Assembly: GCA_963749495.1 (NCBI GenBank)
Contig: CAVVMW010000024.1
Location: 160,001-224,000 of the forward strand
Length of the DNA: 64,000 nt
Source of the DNA: an uncultured bacterium
GTDB taxonomy: Bacteria > Verrucomicrobiota > Verrucomicrobiia > Limisphaerales > UBA8199
Reading direction: 5' to 3'
Part shown: positions 10,501 through 20,497 of the stretch, one piece after another
How the letters are laid out: each line of letters begins with the position of its first letter
Numbering within the stretch: position 1 is the first letter of the stretch
The notes under the pieces: generated by a model
Told to the model about the DNA's origin: nothing
The model's database searches: none
Seen by the model: the letters and a program-made list of their open reading frames with translations, nothing else
Program-made: the position numbers and the translations under genes

Positions 10501-11802
10501 ATGGCGCGCCGGGTTGTCATTACCGGGCTTGGTCCCGTGACGAGCGTGGGGGTCGGAGCGACGGAGTTTTTCAAGGGCCTGTGGAATCGCCAGTTTGCCG
10601 GCCAGCCGATTCCTGCGGAGTTCACCCGGTGCTACCCGTTCCATTCAAAATGGCACGTGCCGCAGCCGGAGGTATCGCTGGCGGATTACCAACTGGAGTT
10701 GGCCCAGGAGAGCATCATGCACCCGGAAGACCGGATGGCGGTGCTGGGGGCGAAGCTGGCGTTCGAAGACGCCGGCTACCAGTTGGTCAGCCGGGGTGGC
10801 CGCCTGGGGGTCGAGGGGCTCGATCAGTGCAGTGTCATTTTGGGCACGAGCCTCGGCAACCTGGAGACCGCGTTCACGTCGTTCCTGAGCCACACCCTGC
10901 CGGGCGAGGTGCTCGAGGCCCTGTTCCCGGAGCGGCGCCCGGTATTCAGCCGGATGGTGGTCCCCAAGACCATGCCCAATTCCCCAGCGGCCTGGGCGAC
11001 GATCTGTTTTGGGCTCACCGGTTCCTCCCAGACGCTCAATGCCTCCTGCGCCTCGAGCACTTATGCCCTCGGAGAGGGCTTCCGGCGCATCAAGGACGGG
11101 TATGACACGGTCGTCTTGTCCGGGGGAGTCGAGTCAATGCGCGAGCGTTGCGGCACTATCATGCGCGGCTTCGATGTCCTGGGCGCGCTCACTCAATCCC
11201 CTGACGGGCGGCCGCGGCCCTTCGGCGCCAGGCGCAGCGGCTTCCTCTTTGCCGAAGGCGGGGCGTGCCTGCTCCTCCTCGAGGCCTTGGACCATGCCAT
11301 TGCGCGAGGGGCCCGGGTCTATGCCGAGATCACCGATTACCGCGCCAACAGCGATGCCTGCAATATCATGCAGATGGACCCGGCGGGCACCCAGATCACG
11401 CGCCTGCTCCAGGAACTGGCCGCCGGCAACAAGATCGATTACCTCAACGCGCACGGCACCGGCACCGCCGCCAATGACCTGATCGAGGCGCGCGCCATCA
11501 AAGCGGTCTTCGGCGCGCGCCAGGACCAGCCCTGGCTCAACTCCACCAAGGGCATCCTCGGCCACACTCTCGGGGCCAGCGGCGCCATCGAGGCCGCCGT
11601 CGCCGCCCTGGCCGTGGCCCAAGGCGCCATCCACGGCAACCTCACCGAAGAGCCCATGGACGACCTGAACCTGCCCCTGGATTCCCTCCGCGCCCCGGTC
11701 GCCACCGCCATCTCGGTCTCCTACGGCTTCGGCGGACATAATGGGGGGCTGGTTTTGAAGAGGGTCGAGGGGCGAGGGAGGGGAATGACGAATGACGAAT
11801 GA
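10501..11802 (+). CDS. Beta-ketoacyl-ACP synthase (FabF/KAS II-like)
   Basis: VVITGLG, ASCASS (Cys), NAHGTGT and GHTLGA (His-His), SYGFGGHN. The stop codon lies inside a GAATGAC array. Confidence 0.92.
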   Translation: MARRVVITGLGPVTSVGVGATEFFKGLWNRQFAGQPIPAEFTRCYPFHSKWHVPQPEVSLADYQLELAQESIMHPEDRMAVLGAKLAFEDAGYQLVSRGGRLGVEGLDQCSVILGTSLGNLETAFTSFLSHTLPGEVLEALFPERRPVFSRMVVPKTMPNSPAAWATICFGLTGSSQTLNASCASSTYALGEGFRRIKDGYDTVVLSGGVESMRERCGTIMRGFDVLGALTQSPDGRPRPFGARRSGFLFAEGGACLLLLEALDHAIARGARVYAEITDYRANSDACNIMQMDPAGTQITRLLQELAAGNKIDYLNAHGTGTAANDLIEARAIKAVFGARQDQPWLNSTKGILGHTLGASGAIEAAVAALAVAQGAIHGNLTEEPMDDLNLPLDSLRAPVATAISVSYGFGGHNGGLVLKRVEGRGRGMTNDE

Positions 11803-11940
11803 CGAATGACGAATGACGAATGACGAAATGTCGAGAGACGTGGGGCGAAGGAGTGCGAGACCTTTGTCGCAGCCTTTGTCGCAGCCTTTGTCGGATCGGC
11901 CAAGCTTCGACAAAGGTTGCGACAAAGGTTGCGACAAAGG
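11783..11940. repeat. (GAATGAC)6 followed by inverted 12-mer arrays (CCTTTGTCGCAG)n / (CGACAAAGGTTG)n
   Basis: Read directly; the 12-mer family also occurs at 14537-14604, 36842-36934 and 38680-38773. Confidence 0.9.
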
Positions 11941-11958
11941 TCCGAAATCAGCCATGAC

Positions 11959-12999
11959 ATGAGCGCCCCTGGCAAAATCCTCCTTACGGGTGCGACCGGA
12001 TTTATCGGGAGCCACATTCTCGAGGCCTTGCGAAGCGCGGGGATTGCCGTGGCGGCGTTGGTGAGGAGCGGGGCCAACCTGGCCCATGCGCGCGAGCGCC
12101 AGGCCGAACTGCGCTTCGGGGACCTCCGCGACCCCGAGAGCCTCCGCCAGGCCGTGCGCGGGTGCGAGGGCGTCATTCACGCCGCCGCCCTGGCCAGCGA
12201 TTGGGGGCCGCGCCTCGAGTTCCGCCGGGTGAATGTCCAGGGCACACTCAACGTCCTGGAGGCCAGCCGCGCCGCAGGCATCCGGCAGGTCATCCTCACC
12301 GGCAGCATCTCCTCCTACGGAGAAGAGGACAGCCTGCAGCCAAAGGACGAGACTTGCCCGTTTCACTCCCACTATGCCTACTTTGCTGACCGCCTCTTCC
12401 CCTCGGGCTACAACTGGTATCGCGACAGCAAGGCCGAGGCGACACGGCAGGCGATGGCCTTCGCCCGGGAACACGGGCTGGATGTGACGGTGCTGGAGCC
12501 GGTCTGGGTGTTCGGCGAGCGCGAGTTCGGCACTGGCTTTTACACTTACGTCAAGGCAGTCCGGGACGGCCAAAGGCACGTGCCCGGCTCGACTCGAAAC
12601 CTGTTTCACGTGATCTACGCGCCCGATCTGGCGCGGGCCTACCTGCTGGCCCTCCAACGGCGGTTGCCGGGGGTCCAGCGCATCATCGTCGGTCCTCCTC
12701 ACGCCGAGCCGATGCACCGCATCTTCAGCCTGTTTTGCCAGGAGGCCGGGCTGCAGCCGCCGCGTTTGCTCCCCCAATGGTGCGCCTATCCCCTGGGCTT
12801 TGCGCTCGAACTGCTCTATACGGCGGCCCGGAGACCGCGTCCGCCCCTGCTGACCCGCGGCCGCGTGAACATGTTCTACGACTCGATCCAGTTCTCCACC
12901 GAAAAGGCCAGGAACCTCCTGGGCTTCGATTGCCGGCACTCGCTCGAAGAGGGCATTCGCCGGACCGTGTCCTGGTATAGGGAGAACAACCTGCTGTGA
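11959..12999 (+). CDS. NAD-dependent epimerase/dehydratase (extended SDR, 3-beta-HSD-like)
   Basis: TGATGFIG, IHAAA, YRDSK (YxxxK), EPVWVFG. Confidence 0.9.
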   Translation: MSAPGKILLTGATGFIGSHILEALRSAGIAVAALVRSGANLAHARERQAELRFGDLRDPESLRQAVRGCEGVIHAAALASDWGPRLEFRRVNVQGTLNVLEASRAAGIRQVILTGSISSYGEEDSLQPKDETCPFHSHYAYFADRLFPSGYNWYRDSKAEATRQAMAFAREHGLDVTVLEPVWVFGEREFGTGFYTYVKAVRDGQRHVPGSTRNLFHVIYAPDLARAYLLALQRRLPGVQRIIVGPPHAEPMHRIFSLFCQEAGLQPPRLLPQWCAYPLGFALELLYTAARRPRPPLLTRGRVNMFYDSIQFSTEKARNLLGFDCRHSLEEGIRRTVSWYRENNLL

Positions 13000-13014
13000 A
13001 ACGTGAACTCATGA

Positions 13015-13158
13015 ACAGTCCACAGTCCACAGTCCACAGTCCACAGTCTCCTGCCCCGGTGCCTCGGAGCGATTCAGCGCTCCAGCCGATGGGACTGAGG
13101 CCACGGGCTGGTGATCCCACTGCAAGACTCTGGACTGTGGACTCTGGACTGTGGACTG
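13015..13158. repeat. Inverted heptamer arrays (CAGTCCA)n ... (TGGACTG/C)n
   Basis: Read directly at 13015-13047 and 13127-13158. Confidence 0.88.
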
Positions 13159-13176
13159 ATATGAACCCTGAACCGT

Positions 13177-14506
13177 ATGAAAGCTCCCATCCGTAACATT
13201 CAGGGCCTGAGCCGGGCCTGGTTCCTCCTGCGGCTCAAGCTGGCGATGTTCTTTCATTTCCTGCCGTGCCTGTTCGCAGCATCGGGCCCTGGCCCGTCGT
13301 CCTTGCGCCGGCCTCGGCTCTCGCCCCGGCGTTTCGTCCTGGTGCTCAGGCGGCTGCTCTTGTTCTTGTCCAGGCTCGGCCACAACAAGTTTGTGCGGAT
13401 CGGGTCCGTCACGCGGCTGGACCTTTACGTGCCGGGTTTCCCGGGGCCGGCCTTCAACCTGGCCTGCCGGAAATTCCTCACGTTTGACGGGCCGCTGCCG
13501 TGCGCCACGGTCCTGCTCTCGGTCACTAGCGCGTGCCGGTTTTCGTGTCCGCACTGCTACCAGCGGCTGGACCGCGGCAAAGACATGCCCCTCGAGGTCC
13601 TCGTCTCGGTCGCGCGCCGGCTCCAGGAACGCGGCATCGCCTTCTTCAACATCGAGGGCGGCGAGCCGTTCCTGGTCTATGAGCGGCTCAGGCAGGTCTG
13701 CGCGGCCATCGATGCGCGGTCCGAGGTCTGGGTCAATTCCACCGGGGACGGCCTGACGCTGGAACGGTTGCGGGAGTTGAGGGATTTGAACCTGACGGCC
13801 GTCATGTTCTCGCTGCACGCGTCCGAGCCGGCCCGGCTCAACGCGTTCATGAAATCGGACCGGGCCTGGGAGATGCTCCAGCGCGGGGTCGAGGTGTGCC
13901 ATGCCGCCGGCGTGCCCGTGGCGTTCAACACCTGCCTGGGACGCGAGGGGTTTTACGACGGGGAGTTCGAGCGCATCATGGAACGGGCGAAGGAATTCGG
14001 GGCGTGCCTGGTGCAATTGATCAAGCCCAAGCCGGCCGGGGCCTGGCTGCGGGATGCGCCCGTGCCGTTCAACCCGCAGGACCAGGCTCGGGCGGTCGAG
14101 TTGGTGCAGCGCTACAACCACCACCGGGCCTTTGCCGCGTATCCCTCGATCTCCGCTCAGACCCTCGAGGAAGACCGCGCTTGCTTCGGCTGCACGGCGG
14201 GCGGCACCGACCGCTTCTACATCAATGCCAAAGGCGACGTTCCAGCCCTGCGAGTTTCTCAACCTCTCATTCGGCAACATTGTCGAAGAGGATTTCGACG
14301 CTATCTATGCCCGGATGCGGCGCGTCTTTTGGCCCCCGGGCCAAACCTGGCTTTGCGAGGCCAGCACGCCTCGCATCCGCCAGGTCTTCGAGGCCAACGG
14401 CCTGCGCAGCCTGCCCCTGAGCCAGCAGTTGAGCGAGCAAATTTGCCGCGACTGGGACCGCGGGCAGCCCACGGGCCTGTATGCGGAGATGGAGAAGCTG
14501 CGGTGA
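13177..14506 (+). CDS. Radical SAM/SPASM-twitch domain protein; apparent frameshift ~14241
   Basis: CRFSCPHC (CxxxCxxC), EGGEP, GCTAGGTDRFYINAKGDV continuing as QPCEF...FGNI in the next frame to stop 14506. Confidence 0.87.
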
Positions 14507-14536
14507 AGAGAAAACCACGGAACACACTTTCGTATC

Positions 14537-14980
14537 CTTGTCGCAGCCTTTGTCGCAGCCTTTGTCGAGCTCAGCCGGATCTCGACAAAGGTCCCGACAA
14601 AGGTCCGGAAAGGACCCAGGGCCCAGGCTGAGCCGGCCAACCCGGAGGGTTGGCAGAAGGTAGCCGGGGGTCGCCGTCCGGCGGCGACCCCCGGTTGAGG
14701 GCGCCGGTGGCCCTGCACCCCGGCGGGGTGCCAGAAGAGCACACGTGCTCGGTAGGCGCTCCCTGGCATCCCTCCGGGATGCGGTCCCTTGTTGTCAGGG
14801 CTCCGGGGGTCTCGCTACGCTTCGACCCCCGGCTACCTTCTGACATCCCTCCGGGATGAGAAATGTGCTTCGGAGATCCTTGACGGCCACCAGATCCGCT
14901 CCACAAGGGCACCTGGGGATGTGGGTAAAGAAAAGGACCGAGGTCCACGGCTACCTTCGCTGCGTCGCTACGCGACGCGC
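14537..14980. repeat. Cluster of REP-like palindromes (12-mer family, CCCGGAGGG...CCCTCCGGG element, partial family A)
   Basis: GAAGGTAGCCGGGGGTCG and CGACCCCCGGCTACCTTC inverted arms. Confidence 0.8.
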
Positions 14981-15327
14981 GCTCCGCGCCCTCGGGCCCC
15001 ACGCGCCTTGCCCTTGCCCTTGCTCCTCTTTTTCTTCCGGGCCTTGGGCGGGGCCGGGCCGGCAGGGGGCGCGGGTTGCGCCGGCTGGCTGGGGGGCGGC
15101 TTGGGCGCCGTCTTCTGGTGGATGGCCTGCCGGACCTGGCCCAATTTCTCGTTCAGCCCGTTCTTTGCCCGCTCCAGGCCCTGCTGGCTCAGGTTGACGG
15201 CCTCCGCCAGCACCTTGCAGCCGTTGTGAATGAAATTCGTGTAACTACCCTCTTTGAGATCGATCCCTTTAGCTCGCAGAAACGCGCTCAAGTGCCGATA
15301 GAGTTCATCTTTCTCGATATGTTTCAT
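14968..15327 (-). CDS. Hypothetical protein with Pro/Lys-rich tail
   Basis: ORF MKHIEKDELYRHLSAFL...; helical N-terminus and basic tail; stop codon lies in a REP. Confidence 0.7.
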   Translation of the reverse strand: MKHIEKDELYRHLSAFLRAKGIDLKEGSYTNFIHNGCKVLAEAVNLSQQGLERAKNGLNEKLGQVRQAIHQKTAPKPPPSQPAQPAPPAGPAPPKARKKKRSKGKGKARGARGRGARVA

Positions 15328-15483
15328 ATTCCAATCCAAACTGCCGGGCGCCAACCGGTTTTCAACCTGAGGCCCGTCTGCGGTTGGCTCCGGACCTAAC
15401 GCTACAGTCTCCAGGATCTGCGCCCGCCCCGCAATTACAGACCCGATCTCCGTTTGTAAGGGCGCACAGAACAGAGTGGTTCG

Positions 15484-15568
15484 CTGCCGCCTAAAGGCGG
15501 CGTTCCGCAGCCAACCGGCCGTGCCGGAGCGCGAGCGAGGCGGGCCGGAACGCCGCCTTTAGGCGGCA
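15484..15568. repeat. REP-like inverted repeat CTGCCGCCTAAAGGCGGCGTTCCG ... CGGAACGCCGCCTTTAGGCGGCAG
   Basis: Perfect ~24-bp inverted arms. Confidence 0.85.
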
Positions 15569-15744
15569 GGATGGACGCTCGCAGAAATCGGTCGTGCGCG
15601 CTTTGTAGAGGGTGTCAGACATTTTCGGTGGACCGGGTGTTTTTCTGCTCAAAACAGGGGGTTTGCCAGCCTAACCAAATGTTGAGATGCGACCCCGATT
15701 TTAAAGGGCTTATGCGTGGTCTCTCCCAGCCGCGGCGCCGCCCA

Positions 15745-16839
15745 TCACGGCTGAACCACCGCCCGATAGAACCGCCGCGGAGCGTTGGCGGCAGGCTGGT
15801 CGTCCGTGAACGTCTGGGGTGCGGCGCCCTGCGTGACGTTGGTCCACACCGTCCAAGGGGCCTGGTCCAGGTCGGTCGCGTATTCCAAGCGGTAACCGCT
15901 CCCGGCCGGGGCACTGACCGTCACTTGGGCGCGGCCCTCGGCAGTGAACGCGATGCCCAGACAGGGCACGGAGAAAACCGTCAGCACGGCCTCTTGGCTC
16001 GTTGCCCAACCATAAGAATTGTTGCCGACCTCCACCCTGTAATTCCCCGCGTCCGAAGGCTGCACGTTCGACAGGGCCAATAGGCTGCTGCTGCTGCCCT
16101 GGATGCGTCCTCCGTCGGTGAGGTTGGTGCCGTTGAACTGCCAGCGGTAGGACAGCGGGTACAGGGCCCAGGCCGCCACGCTGAAGGTCACGTCGCTGCC
16201 CGCGCGGACGCTCCGGCTGGCCGGCTCGGTGGCAATCAACGGAGGAAAAGCCGCATACTTACAGTTACCATCCGCCAAAACTAGGTCGCTGTTGGTCCAA
16301 CCCACCAGGGGAGGCGGCGCCGGCGACGGAAGGCGTGTGTAGTCGGCCGTGGGATTCACGAATGCCACGATGCCGGCCCTCGTCTCCGCCTGAGCAGTGC
16401 TTGTCATCTGCCAGAAGCTGGCGGCGTCGTTGTTCCAAGCAACCAGCGCAATGACAACCGAACTGCCGGCAGGCCAGACGTTCGGCATCCGGACTTCCGG
16501 CAGCATGGAGATGGCGCCCCCATTGGCGAGCTGGCCCGCAAAGGTGGCCTCCTTGGTGAACCCGGTGCCCGCCAGCGCCTCGTAAGCATTCAGCACATCA
16601 CCACATAGACCGGGGATGGCACCGACTTTGGGGTACAGGACGGGGGTGATTCCGGGCGGAATCGTCGTGCCGTTCAGTTCCCAGACCTCGAGCCCGAAAG
16701 TGCCGGTGTAGTAGCTGCCGGGCTCATCGATGGTAAGGCCGTACATCCCCTGCGAGTTATCAATCTGGATCGAGCCTTGGGCAAATGCTCCCATGGCTGA
16801 CGCAACGATTGCCAACGCGGCAAGGCGGACTTTTTTCAT
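15745..16839 (-). CDS. Secreted immunoglobulin-domain protein with RFYR-type C-terminal domain
   Basis: Signal peptide MKKVRLAALAIVASAMGAFAQG; Ig I-set motif YRWQFNG...DAGNYRVEV; C-terminal RRFYRAV. Confidence 0.82.
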   Translation of the reverse strand: MKKVRLAALAIVASAMGAFAQGSIQIDNSQGMYGLTIDEPGSYYTGTFGLEVWELNGTTIPPGITPVLYPKVGAIPGLCGDVLNAYEALAGTGFTKEATFAGQLANGGAISMLPEVRMPNVWPAGSSVVIALVAWNNDAASFWQMTSTAQAETRAGIVAFVNPTADYTRLPSPAPPPLVGWTNSDLVLADGNCKYAAFPPLIATEPASRSVRAGSDVTFSVAAWALYPLSYRWQFNGTNLTDGGRIQGSSSSLLALSNVQPSDAGNYRVEVGNNSYGWATSQEAVLTVFSVPCLGIAFTAEGRAQVTVSAPAGSGYRLEYATDLDQAPWTVWTNVTQGAAPQTFTDDQPAANAPRRFYRAVVQP

Positions 16840-17080
16840 CTGCCGGCCGAGTGGAGTGCAAACTCCCCAATGGTGAGCGTTCGATACATGCTCGCCCGAA
16901 GTCGATCCCGCAAATCCCGCTTCCAATTTCATAACGCACGGGCCACCCGACAAGACCCCCACCGAGCCAGCAAACCCTGACGGCCGCCTGCTGATCTCTA
17001 CTCCAAGATTAGCGCAAGCTCACCACGAACCCAAGAAGCTGTCGAGCACAATCGTAAGGCCTCAGTGAAGGCGCGGGCTA

Positions 17081-17250
17081 CACGGCGGGCAGACCCCTCA
17101 CCCCGGCCCTCTCCCCTCTGAGGGGAGAGGGAGGATTTTCCGCTGCGGCTTGAGAAAGCGGACGCGCCTGGAATTCCTAGCGACTGCCGACGTTTCTCCC
17201 TCTCCCCTCCGAGGGGAGAGGGCCGGGGTGAGGGGTTCGCCGGGGACTCC
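17081..17250. repeat. REP doublet family B (CCCCTCACCCCGGCCCTCTCCCC...GGGGAGAGGG), ~170-bp element
   Basis: Near-identical element at 42841-43014; single units at 6761-6804 and 52235-52279. Confidence 0.88.
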
Positions 17251-17431
17251 CTTTCCGCCATCACTGACCGATTACGCACAATCCTTTCGCGGGTCTGCAC
17301 ACCTCTCGCCACAATGATGCCCATAGATGTTCCATCACAATCCAGAAGGCCCGCGCAGATCTCCCCAATGATTTTGCCAATAATGATTTTGCCTTTCTGC
17401 CTTCATCCGTGATTGAATAGGATTCTGGACT

Positions 17432-17962
17432 ATGCAGACTCAAATGGATCAGAAGCTCGGTTTCATATTCGGACGCCGGAGCATTCGGCTTTACTCCCCA
17501 GGCGAAGTGAGCGAGGAGGCGGTGCAGAGCCTCCTGGAGGCGGCCATGGCGGCGCCGTCGGCCGTGGCCAAGGACCCCTGGCGTTTCGTGGTGGTCCGCA
17601 GCCGGCGCCAGCTCTCTCGATTGGCGGCCGTGCTGTCTAACGGCCAGATGCTCGATTCGGCCGCGCTGGCCATCGCCGTCTGCGGTGACCTCAATGCCGC
17701 GCACGACGGACAGCTCAGCTACCTGCTGCAGGATTGCGCGGCAGCGGTCGAGAATCTTCTCCTCTGCGCGCACGTCCTCGGGCTCGGCTCGTGCTGGCTG
17801 GGTGTTCACCCCAGAGAGCCGCGGATGAGGAGTCTCAAGGAGATCCTCTCCCTGCCGGGCTCGGTCATCCCCGTCGCCTGCATCGCCATCGGCCACCCCG
17901 CCGAAACCAAGGAACCGCGCACCCGTTTCAACCCGGACTACGTACACCGGGATGCGTGGTGA
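17432..17962 (+). CDS. Nitroreductase family protein
   Basis: RRSIRLY, AAMAAPSA, PWRFVVV, LGLGSCWLG, IAIGHP. Confidence 0.92.
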   Translation: MQTQMDQKLGFIFGRRSIRLYSPGEVSEEAVQSLLEAAMAAPSAVAKDPWRFVVVRSRRQLSRLAAVLSNGQMLDSAALAIAVCGDLNAAHDGQLSYLLQDCAAAVENLLLCAHVLGLGSCWLGVHPREPRMRSLKEILSLPGSVIPVACIAIGHPAETKEPRTRFNPDYVHRDAW

Positions 17963-18004
17963 TACTCGTCATTCCATCGCACAAATTCCCGGAACGGAAT
18001 TGCC

Positions 18005-18032
18005 TTGTCGGTGTCTAAGAGTTTGGTATAGT
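18005..18032 (+). promoter_or_regulatory. Putative sigma70 promoter of the candidate selenoprotein operon
   Basis: TTGTCG, 16 nt, then TATAGT with an extended TGn; lies 24 nt before ATG 18057. Confidence 0.5.
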
Positions 18033-18056
18033 CGCCTCCTGGAAGTGCCACGGCCT

Positions 18057-20327
18057 ATGGACAAGAAAATGGCCCCCGCCAAAACGGTGCTCTTAGTGCT
18101 GGCCGGCCTGCTCTGGCTTGGGGGAGCGGAGGCGCTCGCGGGCGCTCCCACCCCGCCGGTCACCTCGACCCAATCCGTCTATCTCGCCTACCGGGAGCTG
18201 GGCTATAATGTCGCAACTTGGAGAATCCCCGTCACATACCAGCCCAGCCCCTTCAAGAAGGAACCGGACCTGGGCAACCGCGCTGCCTTGCGGGGCACAC
18301 TCAAGTTCGGCAACACCACGGATGCCTTCGTCCCGTTCTTGTGGGACTCGGCCCAGGGCAAACTTTACCTCGACCTCAATCGCAATCAGGACCTGACAGA
18401 TGATGCCGATGGGGTCTTCGCCTGCACGGGGCGAGGCAACACCCCGTTCCAGTTCTTCGACAAAGTGCGGCTGCCATTCAAGACGCCGATGGGGCCCCAG
18501 CGGGTCCTGGTGGAGCTTTTCTTCGACAACACTCGTGGCCAGAAGGAAGTCAGTGCCATGGCCAATTACTGCTGGGAAGGCAAGGTCACCCAGGCGGGCC
18601 GCGAGTGGCAGTTGGCGCTGGTGGACAATCTCTCGTTCAAGGTCGGGTCTGCGGAAGGCGGCTTCCTCATCGCCCGCCCCTGGGCTGATCGGGACAGGCC
18701 CATTGAATTGCAATACGGCCCGCTGGAGACTCCTGTGCCTTTTCCGAACGAGCTCTTTCTGGGCGAACGGGTTTGCCAGTTAGCTTGTGTTTATGAGCAA
18801 CAGGGTGTCGGGGCCAGGATGCGGCTGGACCTGATCGAACGTGCCGAGCCGCTGGGCGAACTGAAGATTACCGGCAAGTACATCCACCGCCTGGTTTTGA
18901 GCCGCGCAGGCGCGCGAGGGATGGCGACCCCTTCGATGGCTGCGCAGGAGGCCATCCAGAGGCGCTATGTCCTCCGAAGCGGCGCCCTCCCAGTAGCTGC
19001 CCAACCCCCCTCCTTGACCGTCGTCCTCGACACGCCCGGACCTGTCGCGAAGATCCCGCTCGGCACGTATTCCTACCAAGTCTCCCTCGACCAGGGCGGG
19101 GTCCAGGCCCAGCCGATCTTCAACGCTGCGCCCAGTGCCAGGTCGGTGGTCGTCAGCGCTACTAATGCCGCCACGCTGACCGCCGGAGGACCACTCACCA
19201 ACTCCGTGGACGCGGAGCGGCACGGGCGGACCTTGTCACTCAGGTACAGCCTGCTCGGGGCCAATGGCGAGGGCTATCAATTGATCGGGGTGCGCAAAGA
19301 GCCTCGATTCACGATTTCTCGAGCGGACAAGGACGGCGACAAGAAGCTCGCCTCCGGCAACTTCCAGTTTGGCTGAGGCAGCACTTGCACGTACTCATGG
19401 CGAGTACCTCCGTTCGAAGCCGGTGTGTTGAAGATAGTGGCCAGCGAGGACCTCGGCGGGTTGGGCGCGAAGGACGGTCCCCCGGTGACCTGCCGTTTGG
19501 AACGGGCCAGCATGTTGCCCGTCGCGTTGCCCTGGCTGGCGGCACTGCTCCTGCTGCTCCTCCAGCCTAACCGCAGCCTGCGCGCCTGGTGCATATTCGC
19601 GCCGGTGCTGTGCCTGATCTGGGGCGTCGGCCTTCTGCCGGACTTGTTCCCTTCGATTCCGTGGCAAGTCATCGGCGTCCTGCACGATCTGGTGATTGCG
19701 CTGGCCTTTGGCCTGGCCGCCGCGTGGCTGCTCTCCGCTTACATCAAGTCACGCTTCCGCACACTCAATGCGCTGCGGTTGGCGCTGATCATCGAGGCCC
19801 TTGGCTTTGCGACATACGTGTTCTCGGTGTATTGGAGCGAGTCCGAGAGCGAGGCGGCGCCGGTCGCGATTATCCTGGCGCTCAGCGCCGCCATTATTCC
19901 CGCAGCGACCGGCCTGGCCGGGTTGCTCTGCTGGCGGCGCTATCGCCCCGTGGTCCTATGCGCGTGGCTGCTCGTCATGCTCTTTGGCCTGTGGCTGGCA
20001 GTGGTCTGGCCGCTCTTCATGATTGAAAACGCCTGCCGAGGCAACGCGCCGGCATGGGTGTTCATGGAGCCTGTGTTAGCCATCACCGCGGCCTGCTTCT
20101 GCGCCGTCCTGCCATTCCTGCTCCTGTCCTTCTGGAACCGCCTCTATCGCGAACGGCTCATCCAGCTTTTGCGCCTGGCCCCGGAGCCGCCACCGGCCCC
20201 CGCCGCCCCAACCCCGCCCGTCTCCGTGCTCAGCCCCTCGGTCGTGGAACGGCTCAAGGCCGCCGTGGCCGCCGCGCCAGGCCACGGCGCCCTCGATCCG
20301 GCCAAGCAGCAGCCAACTGGAAAATGA
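18057..20327 (+). CDS. Exported/membrane-anchored candidate selenoprotein A, read through in-frame TGA 19374-19376 (756 aa)
   Basis: Signal peptide. ORFs 17952-19376 and 19425-20327 share a frame and only the TGA separates them. Read-through gives GNFQFG-U-GSTCTYSWRVP. A SECIS-like hairpin follows, and the C-terminal part is multi-pass membrane. Confidence 0.8.
19374..19407 (+). promoter_or_regulatory. Candidate bacterial SECIS: TGA + 14 nt + GTACTC-ATGGC-GAGTAC hairpin
   Basis: Stem 19391-19396 / 19402-19407 with a G-containing apical loop; same geometry as the copy at 21647. Confidence 0.78.
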
Positions 20328-20497
20328 CTTGAGCTGCAGAACGCGCCATGGACTCCGAAATCCGAAACAAGTGCAAAATTCGGAAGAAGCAAAATCATTA
20401 CTGGCAGAATGATTTTAAAAAGAGTTAATCTTATGATTCTGCCAACAATGATTCTGCGGATTGCGGATTTCACATTTCAAACGGGTGAATCGAACTT

